DNA of 63,208 bases, the filler included, from Octopus bimaculoides (taxonomy: Eukaryota): NCBI RefSeq assembly GCF_001194135.2. It is 6 parts of 6 records of this genome, joined end to end, with 100 filler letters (N's around TTAATTAATTAA, not from the genome) between each part and the next. Parts side by side here need not be neighbours in the genome. Positions count along the whole stretch, not along the records: positions 47,456 to 61,864 come from NC_068996.1; positions 61,965 to 63,208 come from NW_026411609.1; 4 more parts are not named here. The stretch is one strand, 5' to 3'. Positions 52,795 through 63,208 of this stretch are shown here, piece after piece. A model generated the notes under the pieces. It searched no databases and was not told where the DNA came from. It saw only the letters and a list, made by a program, of their open reading frames with translations. The position numbers were made by a program, and so were the translations under genes. Numbering within the stretch: the first letter of the stretch is position 1; each line of letters opens with the position of its first letter.

Positions 52795-53039
52795 AGAAAT
52801 AAATTTATTTCTGAAACGCGTGATAATGCTATAAATAGCGTGATCAGGATAAACTATCCATTTATTGCAGAAAAATACGTTACTGGCCAGCCATGAGACT
52901 CGGAGACGCGTAATCACAGAGATGTAAGTTCGAGTCTCATGGCTGGCCAGTAACGTATTTTTCTGCAATAGATGGATAGTTTATCCTGATCACGCTATTT
53001 ATAGCATTATCACGCGTTTGAGAAATAAATTTATTTCTG
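52795..53039. mobile_element. Near-perfect palindromic MITE (108-bp arms, 28-bp spacer)
   Basis: 52795-52902 vs 52931-53038 differ at two positions; ends in the palindrome AGAAATAAATTTATTTCTG followed by TA; the left end abuts an N gap. Confidence 0.85.
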
Positions 53040-53041
53040 TA

Positions 53042-53795
53042 TCTTACTAAAGAGTAAATTTATTCAATAAAATTACCATTGGCTCCAACCACAGCCTCCA
53101 GACGACTTCGGAATCTCCTGCAACTCTTCTGGATGGTCTGCTCGTTTAAGTTGGGGAATGCTGCCATAATCCTTACCTTCAATTCATCTTTGGTGTTACA
53201 AGGAGTTTTGTTGGTGTCACGTTCAACTGCGCCCCACACATAATAATCAATGGGAGTTAGGTGGATAATTGTTAAGGGTGATGTGGTCGTAGAAAATGTC
53301 TGACAGCAATGACTAGGTTCTTCTGCTTGTGTAGCACTGGGCAGAGTCCTATTTCCAGACATAGGGTCTTCTAAGAGCCACCCACTTGACCTAGGACACC
53401 ACTACATCCTCCAGGCACTTGAATTAGGCTTCCCTGTTGACTCTGAGATCATGTGGGAAGATGAATGGAGGCATAACGTAGTCGTCACTAGTGATCACTC
53501 CAAACTGGATGTTTGATTTTTATCACTTGGTACATGTCCTCAGATAACACTGTCCACAAATTGACACCCAAATGCTTTGAAATGTTCGTATTGACGCTTC
53601 CAGCACGAATAACAAGCAGTAGAGCATGTCGTTTCCAAATTTCTGGCATAGTGAATTGCGTCATTGTGTTGTTTTTCTCACAGATACTTCCCTACTGAAC
53701 CTATTTTACTATGTAGTCGACAAAATCAAAAACAATCAATGTGCATGCACGAAATTAAACGTATAAAATGGTGACGATTTACCCATCGCACCCTG
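53042..53795 (-). mobile_element. Tc1/mariner (probably DD37D/maT-like) remnant, internally deleted
   Basis: TA|CAGGGTGCGATGGGTAAAT.. terminus at 53795; MTQFTMPEIWKRHA.., FGVITSD..MPPFIFP, VWK*DSAQCYTSRRT, DYYVWGAVERDTNK..FRSRLEAVVGANGNFIE. Confidence 0.88.
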
Positions 53796-53839
53796 TATAA
53801 AATATGTATATATGTATATGTTTATATATATATATATTT

Positions 53840-54015
53840 ATATCAGCATTTCATCCGTCTTTACGTTTTGAGATCGAATTCTTCCGAGGTAAACTTTGCC
53901 TTCCAGCCTTTCGGTGTTTAAAATATAAGTACCAGATGAACATTGGCGTTAGTTTAATCGACTCATCCCACCTCGAAATTGCTGGCCTTGTGCCAAAATT
54001 AGAAGCCATTATGAG
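53840..54015 (+). mobile_element. SINE family D, diverged
   Basis: TCCGTCTTTACGTTTTGAGATCGAATTCTTCCGAGGTAAACTTTGCCTTCC..GGCCTTGTGCCAAAATTAGAAG. Confidence 0.75.
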
Positions 54016-54404
54016 TATCGTGTTCATAGACTGAAATTTTTACGTTCTAGAGAAACATTTGCAATTACAATATTAAAGTAATATAAATTCTTAGCCTTTG
54101 TTTTAATTCACTCACACGCACTCATTCATTCAGACAGACAGACAGACAGACACGCGCGCGCGCACACACACACGCACTCATTTAGACAAACACACATACT
54201 GTATATGTGTGTCTATATAAGCTTATAGTATTATTAATCTATACTACAGGCTCAGTTATTGGTACCTTAGATTTCGAATTCATAATTGTTGACAATTATT
54301 GTATGCCTACGTTTACTATGTATCATAGGCATTAAATAGTTGTCTCGAAATTTTCATCACAGAACCTAAGATACCCCTAACTGAAATGGTAGATAATATT
54401 AATA

Positions 54405-54467
<63 letters not shown>

Positions 54468-54678
54468 ACACACACACATGTATATATAATAGGAGTATCC
54501 AGAAGACCCAAAATGGCAGGTAAGGCTATGTAAGTGCTATGGAAGTACTGCTGTTAGACTCCCGGTTCAATAATAGTACGAGTGAGGAGTCTAACGTAGG
54601 TAGTGTGTGAGCGTGTATATATTAAATAAAATGAGAAAACAAGGCCAAATTTCGCGGACATTTATAAAGAGAAGAGTA

Positions 54679-54726
54679 GTCTTATAGCTGTTTTAAGGAT
54701 ATAAAAAATATTCCATCTTTAGAGAC
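54679..54726 (-). ncRNA. Decayed mirror copy of the hammerhead
   Basis: GUCU-CUAAAGA-UGGAAUAU..AUAUCCU-UAAAA-CAGCUAUA-AGAC; core nucleotides mutated. Confidence 0.6.
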
Positions 54727-55165
54727 GATATGAGAGAGTTAAATAGAAGTAAATAGTAGAGTCCGATATAAAAAGTTATTTTGGAAAAGGAGAGACATAG
54801 GAAGTATAAAGGGAAATATAGGAATAAAAAGAAAAATATATGTTGGATGTTAAACTTGCTGTTCTGTTATCCAAGGAAAGTGCTGTATAGAATGGGTAGA
54901 AAGGTTTCTTGCCCATGGTATGTAAATTGCGATAGGAGTTCATATTTTGTAGTAACAAATATGAATTTACATACCATGAACAAGAAGCCTCTTTACCCAT
55001 TCTACACAGCACATTGTTTGGATAATGGAACTGCAACTGCAACATCCAACATATATTTTTATTTTTATTCCTATATTTCACTTTATACTTCCCATATCTC
55101 TCCTTTTCCAAATTAACTTCTTATATTGAACTCTACTATTTCCCTCTATTTAACTCTTTCATATC

Positions 55166-55213
55166 GTCTCTGATGATGGGATATCTTTTATAACCCTGAA
55201 ACAGCTGTAAGAC
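55166..55213 (+). ncRNA. Type I minimal hammerhead ribozyme (core intact)
   Basis: GUCU-CUGAUGA-U-GGGAUAU-CUUUU-AUAACCC-U-GAAA-C-AGCU-G-UA|AGAC. Stem I is 4 bp, stem II is 6/7 bp with a U.U at its base, stem III is the palindrome ACAGCUGU, cleavage GUA after 55209. Confidence 0.75.
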
Positions 55214-55278
55214 TACCCTTCTCTTTATAAATGTCCTAGAAATTTGACACTGCCTTGCCTTTGTTGTCTTATTTATTT

Positions 55279-55315
<37 letters not shown>

Positions 55316-56919
55316 ACACACACACACACACATGCACATATGTATATATATATATATATAAATTGTAAATGCAAAAATAAAAACAAAACACAAAGGATTC
55401 TGCGGTACACGTGTTTCAAGCTTTATAGTTGTTACATCAGTGTATAATTAACAGTATAAAGCTATCTTCAGCCGCAAATGTATTCTCTCCCAAGAATTAT
55501 ATTACATAGACGTTAAAGGAGGAAGAAAGATGAGATATAAGAGGTGAGGTTCCGTTTGGTATTTTGCATTGTAGTATACCTCGTAGAATTCTTAATTTGA
55601 TATATTTATNNNNNNNNNNNNNNNNNNNNNNNNNNNNNNNNNNNNNNNNNNNNNNNNNNNNNNNNNNNNNNNNNNNNNNAGAGAGAGAGAGAGATTCATG
55701 TGAATATGGTACTTAAGTTTAGGCACCAGAATTTAGTATGGTATTATCCATACAGTTTCAAAATCAAAATAAGCAACAAGGATATCCAAAGTTAACGCAG
55801 TACAATCGTTTCATGCGACTCCAATTAATTGAGCAAATATAAAATGTAGAGCAATCTTCAGCTGCACAAAGACATAGAAATTTAGAAATTTAATGAAATT
55901 AAATTTGAACGGAAGGACATATTTTTATAATTAAATCTAAACTCTCCAATTAGAAAGGAGGAATACAAAAAAAAACCATTTTGACTTAGCCAGTCCATAC
56001 AGTAAATAATTCTAAGCAGATTTTTAACTGTCACTGATTTTATTTGTTTTCTTGGTTCTGATTTATGAATCATCTTATCAGACTTAGTGATTCAAAGCTT
56101 AAGAGGACACTGACATTTTCTTGTTAGGGTAAGGGGTAAACAGTATAGACAGTAAACATGGATGATATAGTTTTAAAATTTCTTAGGGTTTAGTGACAAA
56201 CTACTATACGAGGTTCTCTACTGGCAGACCAGTTGATAATGGAACAGGGGAAGTATTATCATAAGGCACCTCGGTCAAACGTATATAAAATAATGTTGCT
56301 GTATTGTATACAGATACAGTAAATCGCTATTCATAGTTTTCATTAATTAGAATAATGTATCAGTATTGTTTTATATATGCTAAGTTTGAAATACTTGAGA
56401 TACCAATAATTAATATGTGAATAAATAAAGGCAAATTATAAATTAAATAAATTATAAATTAAATATTTCCTTATTTAATTCCTTATTTAATAAAACATGT
56501 ATATATCAGCAAAGCTTAGTTAAAATATGTTTGTGACATATATATTTCAACTGCTAAACGACAAATCCACTGCATTTACCGTGGAGAAAATTTTCTCTTA
56601 TGATAAAAAGGCGTCAAAACACCATATCTATCCAGTGTCACCCTCTATCAGGATTCGAAGACATCGATATTTCTAGCCCATAAGCTGCTATCAATGGGGA
56701 ATACCTAAGAAAAGCAACTCAGGACACACCTTATTAAAGCCATAGTTTTAAGTAAAATACAGTCAACATTGACTGATATGCGCCAATAGACCGCTGAGGT
56801 CATGAAAACTACCATGATATTAGCGCCAAGTAGTGTTTGAGCATAAGCAAAGTTTAGGTTAGTTATAATATATTTGTGATTGATAAGAAAGTCGTACATA
56901 CATGCATGCATACATGCAT

Positions 56920-57250
<331 letters not shown>

Positions 57251-57726
57251 CACTATTTTCGCTATCAACATTCCAATGATAGAGCTTTCTTTGTTATAAA
57301 CCAGTTCCCGCCTTTGAGGAAGAATTTAAATAATTAAAGAGAACATACATGCATACACACATACATACAAACTATGAACCTACGTTTAGAAAGTCTTGCT
57401 TTGGTGTAGTTGGCAGAGTAGAGTTTGCTTGACAGTAGGCACCTACATGTTAGTGACAGACCCATCTACAAGCTCTACATTTGAAGCACTACCTGTCAGT
57501 TTTGTCCTGGATTTATTTTTCTTACCTTAGATTTTTACTTTTCTTGAAGTCTCCTATCTCTCATCCTTTAAAATGTTTGTCGTGTTCCACCCTCCAATCA
57601 AAGTGATTAGTAACAATATCCTCGCAAAGTTCATTTAATACAGCAGCCTAAGGCGTTATAAGCAACACATCAAAGGTAATATTCTTTACAAAACAAAGAA
57701 AAATCAATAAATAGCCGGTTGCTATC

Positions 57727-57917
57727 AGTTTGTGCCGGTCACTGTCGGGACGTCAGGTGTTCTAGGACCCTGTACTACCGATTTCCTCCGCAAAATAAGG
57801 ATAGCGGCGATCCGTCTAAGAAATGAGCTTCGTGAGGTGGAGTGGCTATTGAGGCGAGTGTCGCTGGCATTTCTCCGTGACAACATCATAGCATCCATTA
57901 CCGCGGGGCGCGGCTGA
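57727..57917 (+). mobile_element. CRE-like RLE LINE 3' end
   Basis: FVPVTVGTSGVLGPCTTDFLRKI..REVEWLLRRVSLAFLRDN resembles the CRE-clade F.P.AVET.G..G..A..FL..RLS.A.QRGN motif. Confidence 0.7.
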
Positions 57918-58420
57918 GCACACTATCTATTCAGGGGTATATGGCCCATCTCCTCCTCCCCTCCATCTTCCGCTGCTTAAACTCGACTTTTTCTCTTTTT
58001 CTTTTACTTTGTTGTCTTTCTATCCTGTTTTTTTTTTTTAATGTTCCCGTAAAGTTTATTTGCTTTGGTAGAGAAAAAGTAGCTTCTGTTGCTAGTAGCT
58101 AAAAACTAAAAGCTAGAATAAGGAAGAATAAATTAATCATCAAATTATATACTTNNNNNNNNNNNNNNNNNNNNNNNNNNNNNNNNNNNNNNNNNNNNNN
58201 NNNNNNNNNNNNNNNNNNNNNNNNNNNNNNNATATATATGCATTTCTTTCTAAAATTTGTCAGTTCATTCCGTAGTATTTAAGAGAATAAACCAGATGAT
58301 AAAAAATAGGGAATACGATAAATAAACGAATAGATAGACAAACAAATAAAATGAAAATTATGGCGAAAATAAATAGATGTTTACATATCGAGATAGGAGA
58401 TCAAGTTTGTTATTGTTTAG

Positions 58421-58457
58421 TCGAGGTACTTAGGTGCATAGCACCTAAGTACCTCGA
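58421..58457. repeat. Perfect 17-bp-stem hairpin
   Basis: TCGAGGTACTTAGGTGC-ATA-GCACCTAAGTACCTCGA. Confidence 0.95.
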
Positions 58458-59899
58458 TTTTCTAAATCACTAATGATCACAGCACCAAGATATACACACT
58501 TACACCTCAAATGAGTATGTTCAGGCACATTCATAAACATACTTTCGGATAAACACACTCACACAACATCAGTTCTTACACAAAATATAAAGTCCATCGT
58601 TTTGAATGACTAAATAAATCTACATCATTATTCATGCGTATACAAACGCTAATTCACAAACATCCAAAAGTTAGGATATACTGTAGTTAAGAATATATTA
58701 TTATGTAAATGGTAACAACAAGTTAGCAGTGATGAATCGGATAAATTCAAATCAAATAAGATACAGCAAACATAAATTTCTAAGTAAATCAAGGGAGCTA
58801 CGTTTTATAGTTATATTGTAGTATTATTAAATTCACGATAATAACAATCTTTGGGATAATATACAGAAGACGAGGAGTACATTTGTAAAAAAACCTATAC
58901 CTAATTTATAAAGAAAAGATTTAAAGCTAATGAGCTCATAGATTAAAGATAAAAACTAAAAGTATTTACCATTACTATCTGTTTGTGGTAATGCTAAATT
59001 GCCAATCAGAATCAACTCAGCTCGGACTGGGAATAGATAAACTAAACAAGGTAGAAATACAAAACCATAGAATAATAAATGTTACACTAATTAATGGAAG
59101 AAGACCTATAGGAATTGTCTAATAATAGTAGTATTAATAGTGCATTTAAGTTAAATCTAAGATGTTTATTTTTAGTATTATGCATAAAGGACGTGCGGTA
59201 CAATAACAATTCGCACATCAGAGAAATCTTATAACATTCTATCAATCCACGCCATACGAACTTTTCTCTTTTCTCTATATATAATTTCTCTGTTCATCTT
59301 TCTACAGAACTATTACACTTGTCTACCTTCACTACATTTAATTATTAGTCACACTGTTGAAGCTACCAGAAGTAAAATAAAACTATATAAAGCCAAAAGG
59401 AAAAGACAAACAAGAGTTTGATGAAACCGAGGCAGCCGATCGTAGACACTATCACTTACCATACTAAAAGTTCATATGTATGTATGTATGTAGCTAAGTG
59501 TATATACATGTACGTGTAGCGTGTATGTATGTATATATATGATTATAATTAAGGGCACATAGGGTAACATGCCTATATGCTGAAAATAGACGCTAAATCG
59601 TCGAACCACTTTAAATCATCACTTTTATAAGCGAGGGAGTAGGCTGACAGAAATTCATAAAATAATATTTGATTAAATAAAGGTAGTTATAGCCGGTCTG
59701 TGGAGCTACTCAGGTTTTCACGTCCATAAAACTCATAAAGCTCTAAGCTTTACAGCGTCCCTTCAGACCCTAATGGCCGGTTGCCTATGACCTCTCCTCT
59801 AAGTGGAGGAAGAAAAGACGTCATCGCTAGTTGTTGAACACTCGAACAAAGGAGGAAGGTTAAGCGACTCGGGTATACACATACGCTCGCGCGCACACA

Positions 59900-60013
<114 letters not shown>

Positions 60014-60019
60014 TATATT

Positions 60020-60935
60020 AATGATCTTCTGTTTTGCAATTTATGTTTGTATTTACATTAATTTCTTTCCTATACTTGGAGTGTTTGGTAGTTTTCTTGC
60101 TCAATCATTTCAAATGCCCACAAAGAGAATTTCCACAGTTTGTTACTTGTATTATTTCTTACTCTTTTGTCAGAAGTCTCTTGAGATTTGACGATCGTCT
60201 TCGACTGTTAAGGATTTGTGGTTTTTAAAAAAATTTATTTATCGGAGATTTTATCATTGATGTAGAATTGAGAGCTATCGTTTGGCTGAATGTAGAATGT
60301 TGTGGTTTCTAGAATTATGTCCTACTACAAATAGAATATTTATATCTGTATTTTTGTTTTCATCTTTAGCATGAGTGTTTCTCTGTGAGGTATAGATCGA
60401 GATTTATTTTGCTTTGAATATAGCATGAGTTATTAATTTTCGTGTTTTTCTGTTTTTCATGGAACACATTTAGTTTTGCCAGAACGTTTTTCTTGTCTAC
60501 TGGTATCTGTAACTATTGAGAATATACGTTTGCCATATTGACTGGTATGTCCATTTTCCATAAGAATGATGGCAAGATCTTTAATCTAAATATTGGTGTG
60601 TGTCTGTGTTCTTGCAATAGAGAGAGGTTGTATCTGTCTCATTTTCTTTGATTATTAGAATGTTCAGAAAAAGGCGTTTATTTTTTATGTATTTTTATAG
60701 TAAATTAGATCGAGTCATGGATGGTGTTTATAACTTTATGGAACCCTGTAAGGTCTTCCCTACAGAAATAGAGAGGACTGTACAATTATCCAAGAATCTT
60801 GTCAAGTACCCATTTAAATAAATTTTGAAATCATGGCCAAAAGTAGTCTTGGACAGGGTATAAATTTTTTCTAGGTGCCCCATCACTAGTGTCACAAACT
60901 CTGAGTCTACTTTCATCGTCATTGTTGTGCCTTGT
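60020..60935 (-). mobile_element. Penelope-like element RT-to-linker remnant
   Basis: GTTMTMKVDSEFVTLVMGHLE..TRFLDNC (cf. PLE GTAMG..APTYA.L.MG.LE / RYLDDC) and LKRLLTK..VTNCGNSLCG..INCKT; truncated at a (CA)n tract. Confidence 0.8.
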
Positions 60936-60969
60936 ACTTTTAGATAATATTGACTGTCAAAGATGTGTG

Positions 60970-61002
<33 letters not shown>

Positions 61003-61994
61003 CTGTGTGGCGGGGGGATGAGACAACTTAAGTTTATATGCATACATGTGTATAGTTGTGTATACATAATATACATTCATATCAGTATATTTTTTATTGG
61101 TACCTGCAATACATATATGGTTATATGTGAGTATGTATATGTATGGTTATATTTAAATACTACTTATGTACATATTGTTTATACACATATATCTGTATAG
61201 AGATCGATATAATAGCTATGGAAAGGACATCATTCATCATTCATCTGGATGTGTTTATACAGATGTATAGGTAATGTTATGCAGCAATGCATTTTCTACA
61301 ATATTATATGAATACCAATAACTACATTAAGGCCAGCTAGAATACCTCAATAAATATTTACAGTAACACAGACTTTCAATCCTAACATTTCCAAAACATA
61401 GTTTAAAATTTATTAATAGTAGTCTAATAACACTGATATCAATTCAACCTCAGACTGATATATACTGGATGACCAACTAATTCAACTATAAACATTCTTT
61501 TGTGAACTCTAAAACACAACGAAACCCAACTTTCATGACAACGAATATCGTGACCCAATTTCTCACACATGAATTTGACACACCTATTTACAATTACCTC
61601 CACGCTTAGCTGAACCCTAAACTATAGCACGATTCCCCATCAAACCAAATAAAGTCTTCTTTCAATAACTTTCTATTAACTCACATTGCAAACATATACT
61701 TTCCTCCTGCGAAACTATTCCTCGGTCTACCAACATCCTACCTAATTATTATTTCACAAATTCACATACCTTAAAATAACAACTTGATTAATGTTATATA
61801 AAACCAAAAGTATCTAAGTGTAAATGAAGGTGAGCAAGCCGCTAGTTTGGACTCACTACTTTACNNNNNNNNNNNNNNNNNNNNNNNNNNNNNNNNNNNN
61901 NNNNNNNNTTAATTAATTAANNNNNNNNNNNNNNNNNNNNNNNNNNNNNNNNNNNNNNNNNNNNGAGGGAGAGAGGGAGAGAGAGGGGGTAAAG

Positions 61995-62690
61995 CGTGCC
62001 GTGAAAACGAAACCTATATAACTATATCCATATTACTAATCTCCCGTGAAATCTAACCCCGATTTGTTCGTATTTACAGGTTGTTTATGAAATTTAACCC
62101 AGAAATATTTCCCATTTCCGCTAATGAGCCGTGAAACCTGGCGTATTTACAGCTTGCGTATAAAATTTATCCTAGAAACGTTTGGAAATCTGTGCTTGCT
62201 GTGAAATCGATCTAAAAAAAACTATGTCTGTCAGTAAGTCGCCGTAAAATTTAACGATTATATGGCAGTGTTTATAGCATATATATAAATATGTGCCTAT
62301 GCAGAGTTTGCCGTGAAATTTCACCCCCAAAAATACTATATACGTAAAAGAAATTTATACGGACATGTAATCATGGTGTGTACCCCATGTATAGAATTTA
62401 ACATTGGAATGTTTACTTATTCAGAGCTAGTTGTGAAATTTGTATGAGTACCGTGAAATCTAACACTGATTTGTTCCTGGTTACAGCTTATCTATAGAAT
62501 TTAACCTAGGAACGGTTGCAAATAAGTGTTCGTTGTGAAATCTATGTAGAAAACTGTAACCATGAAGTAAGGAAACCATGAAATTTAACGATGATATGTC
62601 CGTATTTATAGCTTGTGAATAAATTTAACTTTATAAAGTGTATGCCTAATCAGAGTTGCCGTGAAATTTAATTTAGAAAACAGTATAAAA
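61995..62690. repeat. Degenerate ~40-bp-period array of (CC)GTGAAAT(T/C)TAAC motifs with a ~400-bp higher-order duplication
   Basis: The motif recurs more than a dozen times; 62045-62100 resembles 62451-62510. Confidence 0.7.
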
Positions 62691-62693
62691 ATA

Positions 62694-62735
<42 letters not shown>

Positions 62736-62793
62736 TACATGTGTGTGTGTGTGTGTGTGTGTGCGTGGGGGGTGCGTGTGTGTGTGTGTATAA

Positions 62794-62943
62794 CTGTGTG
62801 GTAAGAAGCTTGCTTGCCAACCACATGGTTCCGAGTTCATTTCCACTGCGTGGCACATTGGGCAAGTGTCTTCTACTATAGCCTCGGGCCGACCAAAGCC
62901 TTGTGAGTCGATTTGGTAGACGGAAACTGAAAGAAGCCCGTCT
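62794..62943 (+). mobile_element. SINE family A 5' half
   Basis: CTGTGTGGTAAGAAGCTTGCTT..GGCAAGTGTCTTCTACTATAGCCTCGGGCCGACC..GAAAGAAGCCCGTC. Confidence 0.9.
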
Positions 62944-62956
62944 TATATATATATAT

Positions 62957-63155
62957 TCTTTCATTTGTTTCAGTTATTTGACAGCGGCAATGCTGGAGTA
63001 CCGCATTTTAGTCAAACAAATCGACCCAAGATTTATTCTTTGTAAGCCTAGTACTTATTCTATCAGTCTCTTTTTGCCGAACCGCTAAGTTAAGGGGACG
63101 TAAACACACCAATATTAGTTGTCAAGCAAAGGTGGGGATACAAACCCAAACACAC
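62957..63155 (-). mobile_element. SINE family A 3' half in the opposite orientation
   Basis: TTCTTTCATTTGTTTCAGTTATTTGACAGCGGCAATGCTGGAG..GCCGAACCGCTAAGTT. Confidence 0.9.
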
Positions 63156-63208
63156 AACTATACATAGATAGATACATAGATAGATAGATAGATACATACA
63201 TACATACA

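Larger units (their letters stand above)
54622..55279. mobile_element. ~660-bp foldback element carrying hammerhead ribozyme motifs
   Basis: The arms are reverse complements (the ORF track gives near-identical peptides for 54776-55111 (-) and 54781-55116 (+)); centre ~54950. Confidence 0.9.

Noticed and set aside
59690-59775. Minus-strand CTGAAGG..GAAAAC-CTGA-GTA hammerhead-like string
   Set aside because: A9 is missing, the stem II register is off and stem I is not formed. Worth revisiting only if a family consensus restores the core.

Overview
AT-rich animal genomic DNA from a gapped draft assembly. The repeat families and dense (TA)n/(CA)n/(TACA)n/(TAA)n microsatellites look cephalopod, most likely Octopus; this is recognition from memory, not a database hit. 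No complete protein-coding gene, rRNA, intact tRNA or CRISPR array is supported, and only weak exon candidates exist (mainly 6738-6811 and 8719-8852). The window is mostly decayed transposons: several tRNA-derived SINE families, at least eight R4/Dong-like restriction-endonuclease LINE fragments with (TAA)n tails, single Hero-like and CRE-like fragments, RTE fragments, two Penelope-like remnants (GIY-YIG at ~39.3-40 kb, RT at ~60-61 kb), two Tc1/mariner remnants and several foldback/MITE elements. The main highlights are: (1) type I minimal hammerhead ribozyme motifs, intact at 27330-27395 (-) and at 55166-55213 (+), the second inside a ~660-bp foldback whose other arm carries a decayed mirror copy, with Penelope remnants in the same window; (2) a 585-bp head-to-head retroposon dimer flanked by one apparent TSD; (3) two young SINEs inserted at the same homologous site of two adjacent old SINEs; (4) a near-perfect 245-bp palindrome with a tRNA-like centre; (5) a CpG-poor to CpG-rich transition near 18-20 kb. 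Repeat boundaries are approximate (+/-10-30 bp) unless junction sequence is quoted. Family labels A-D are my own working names.
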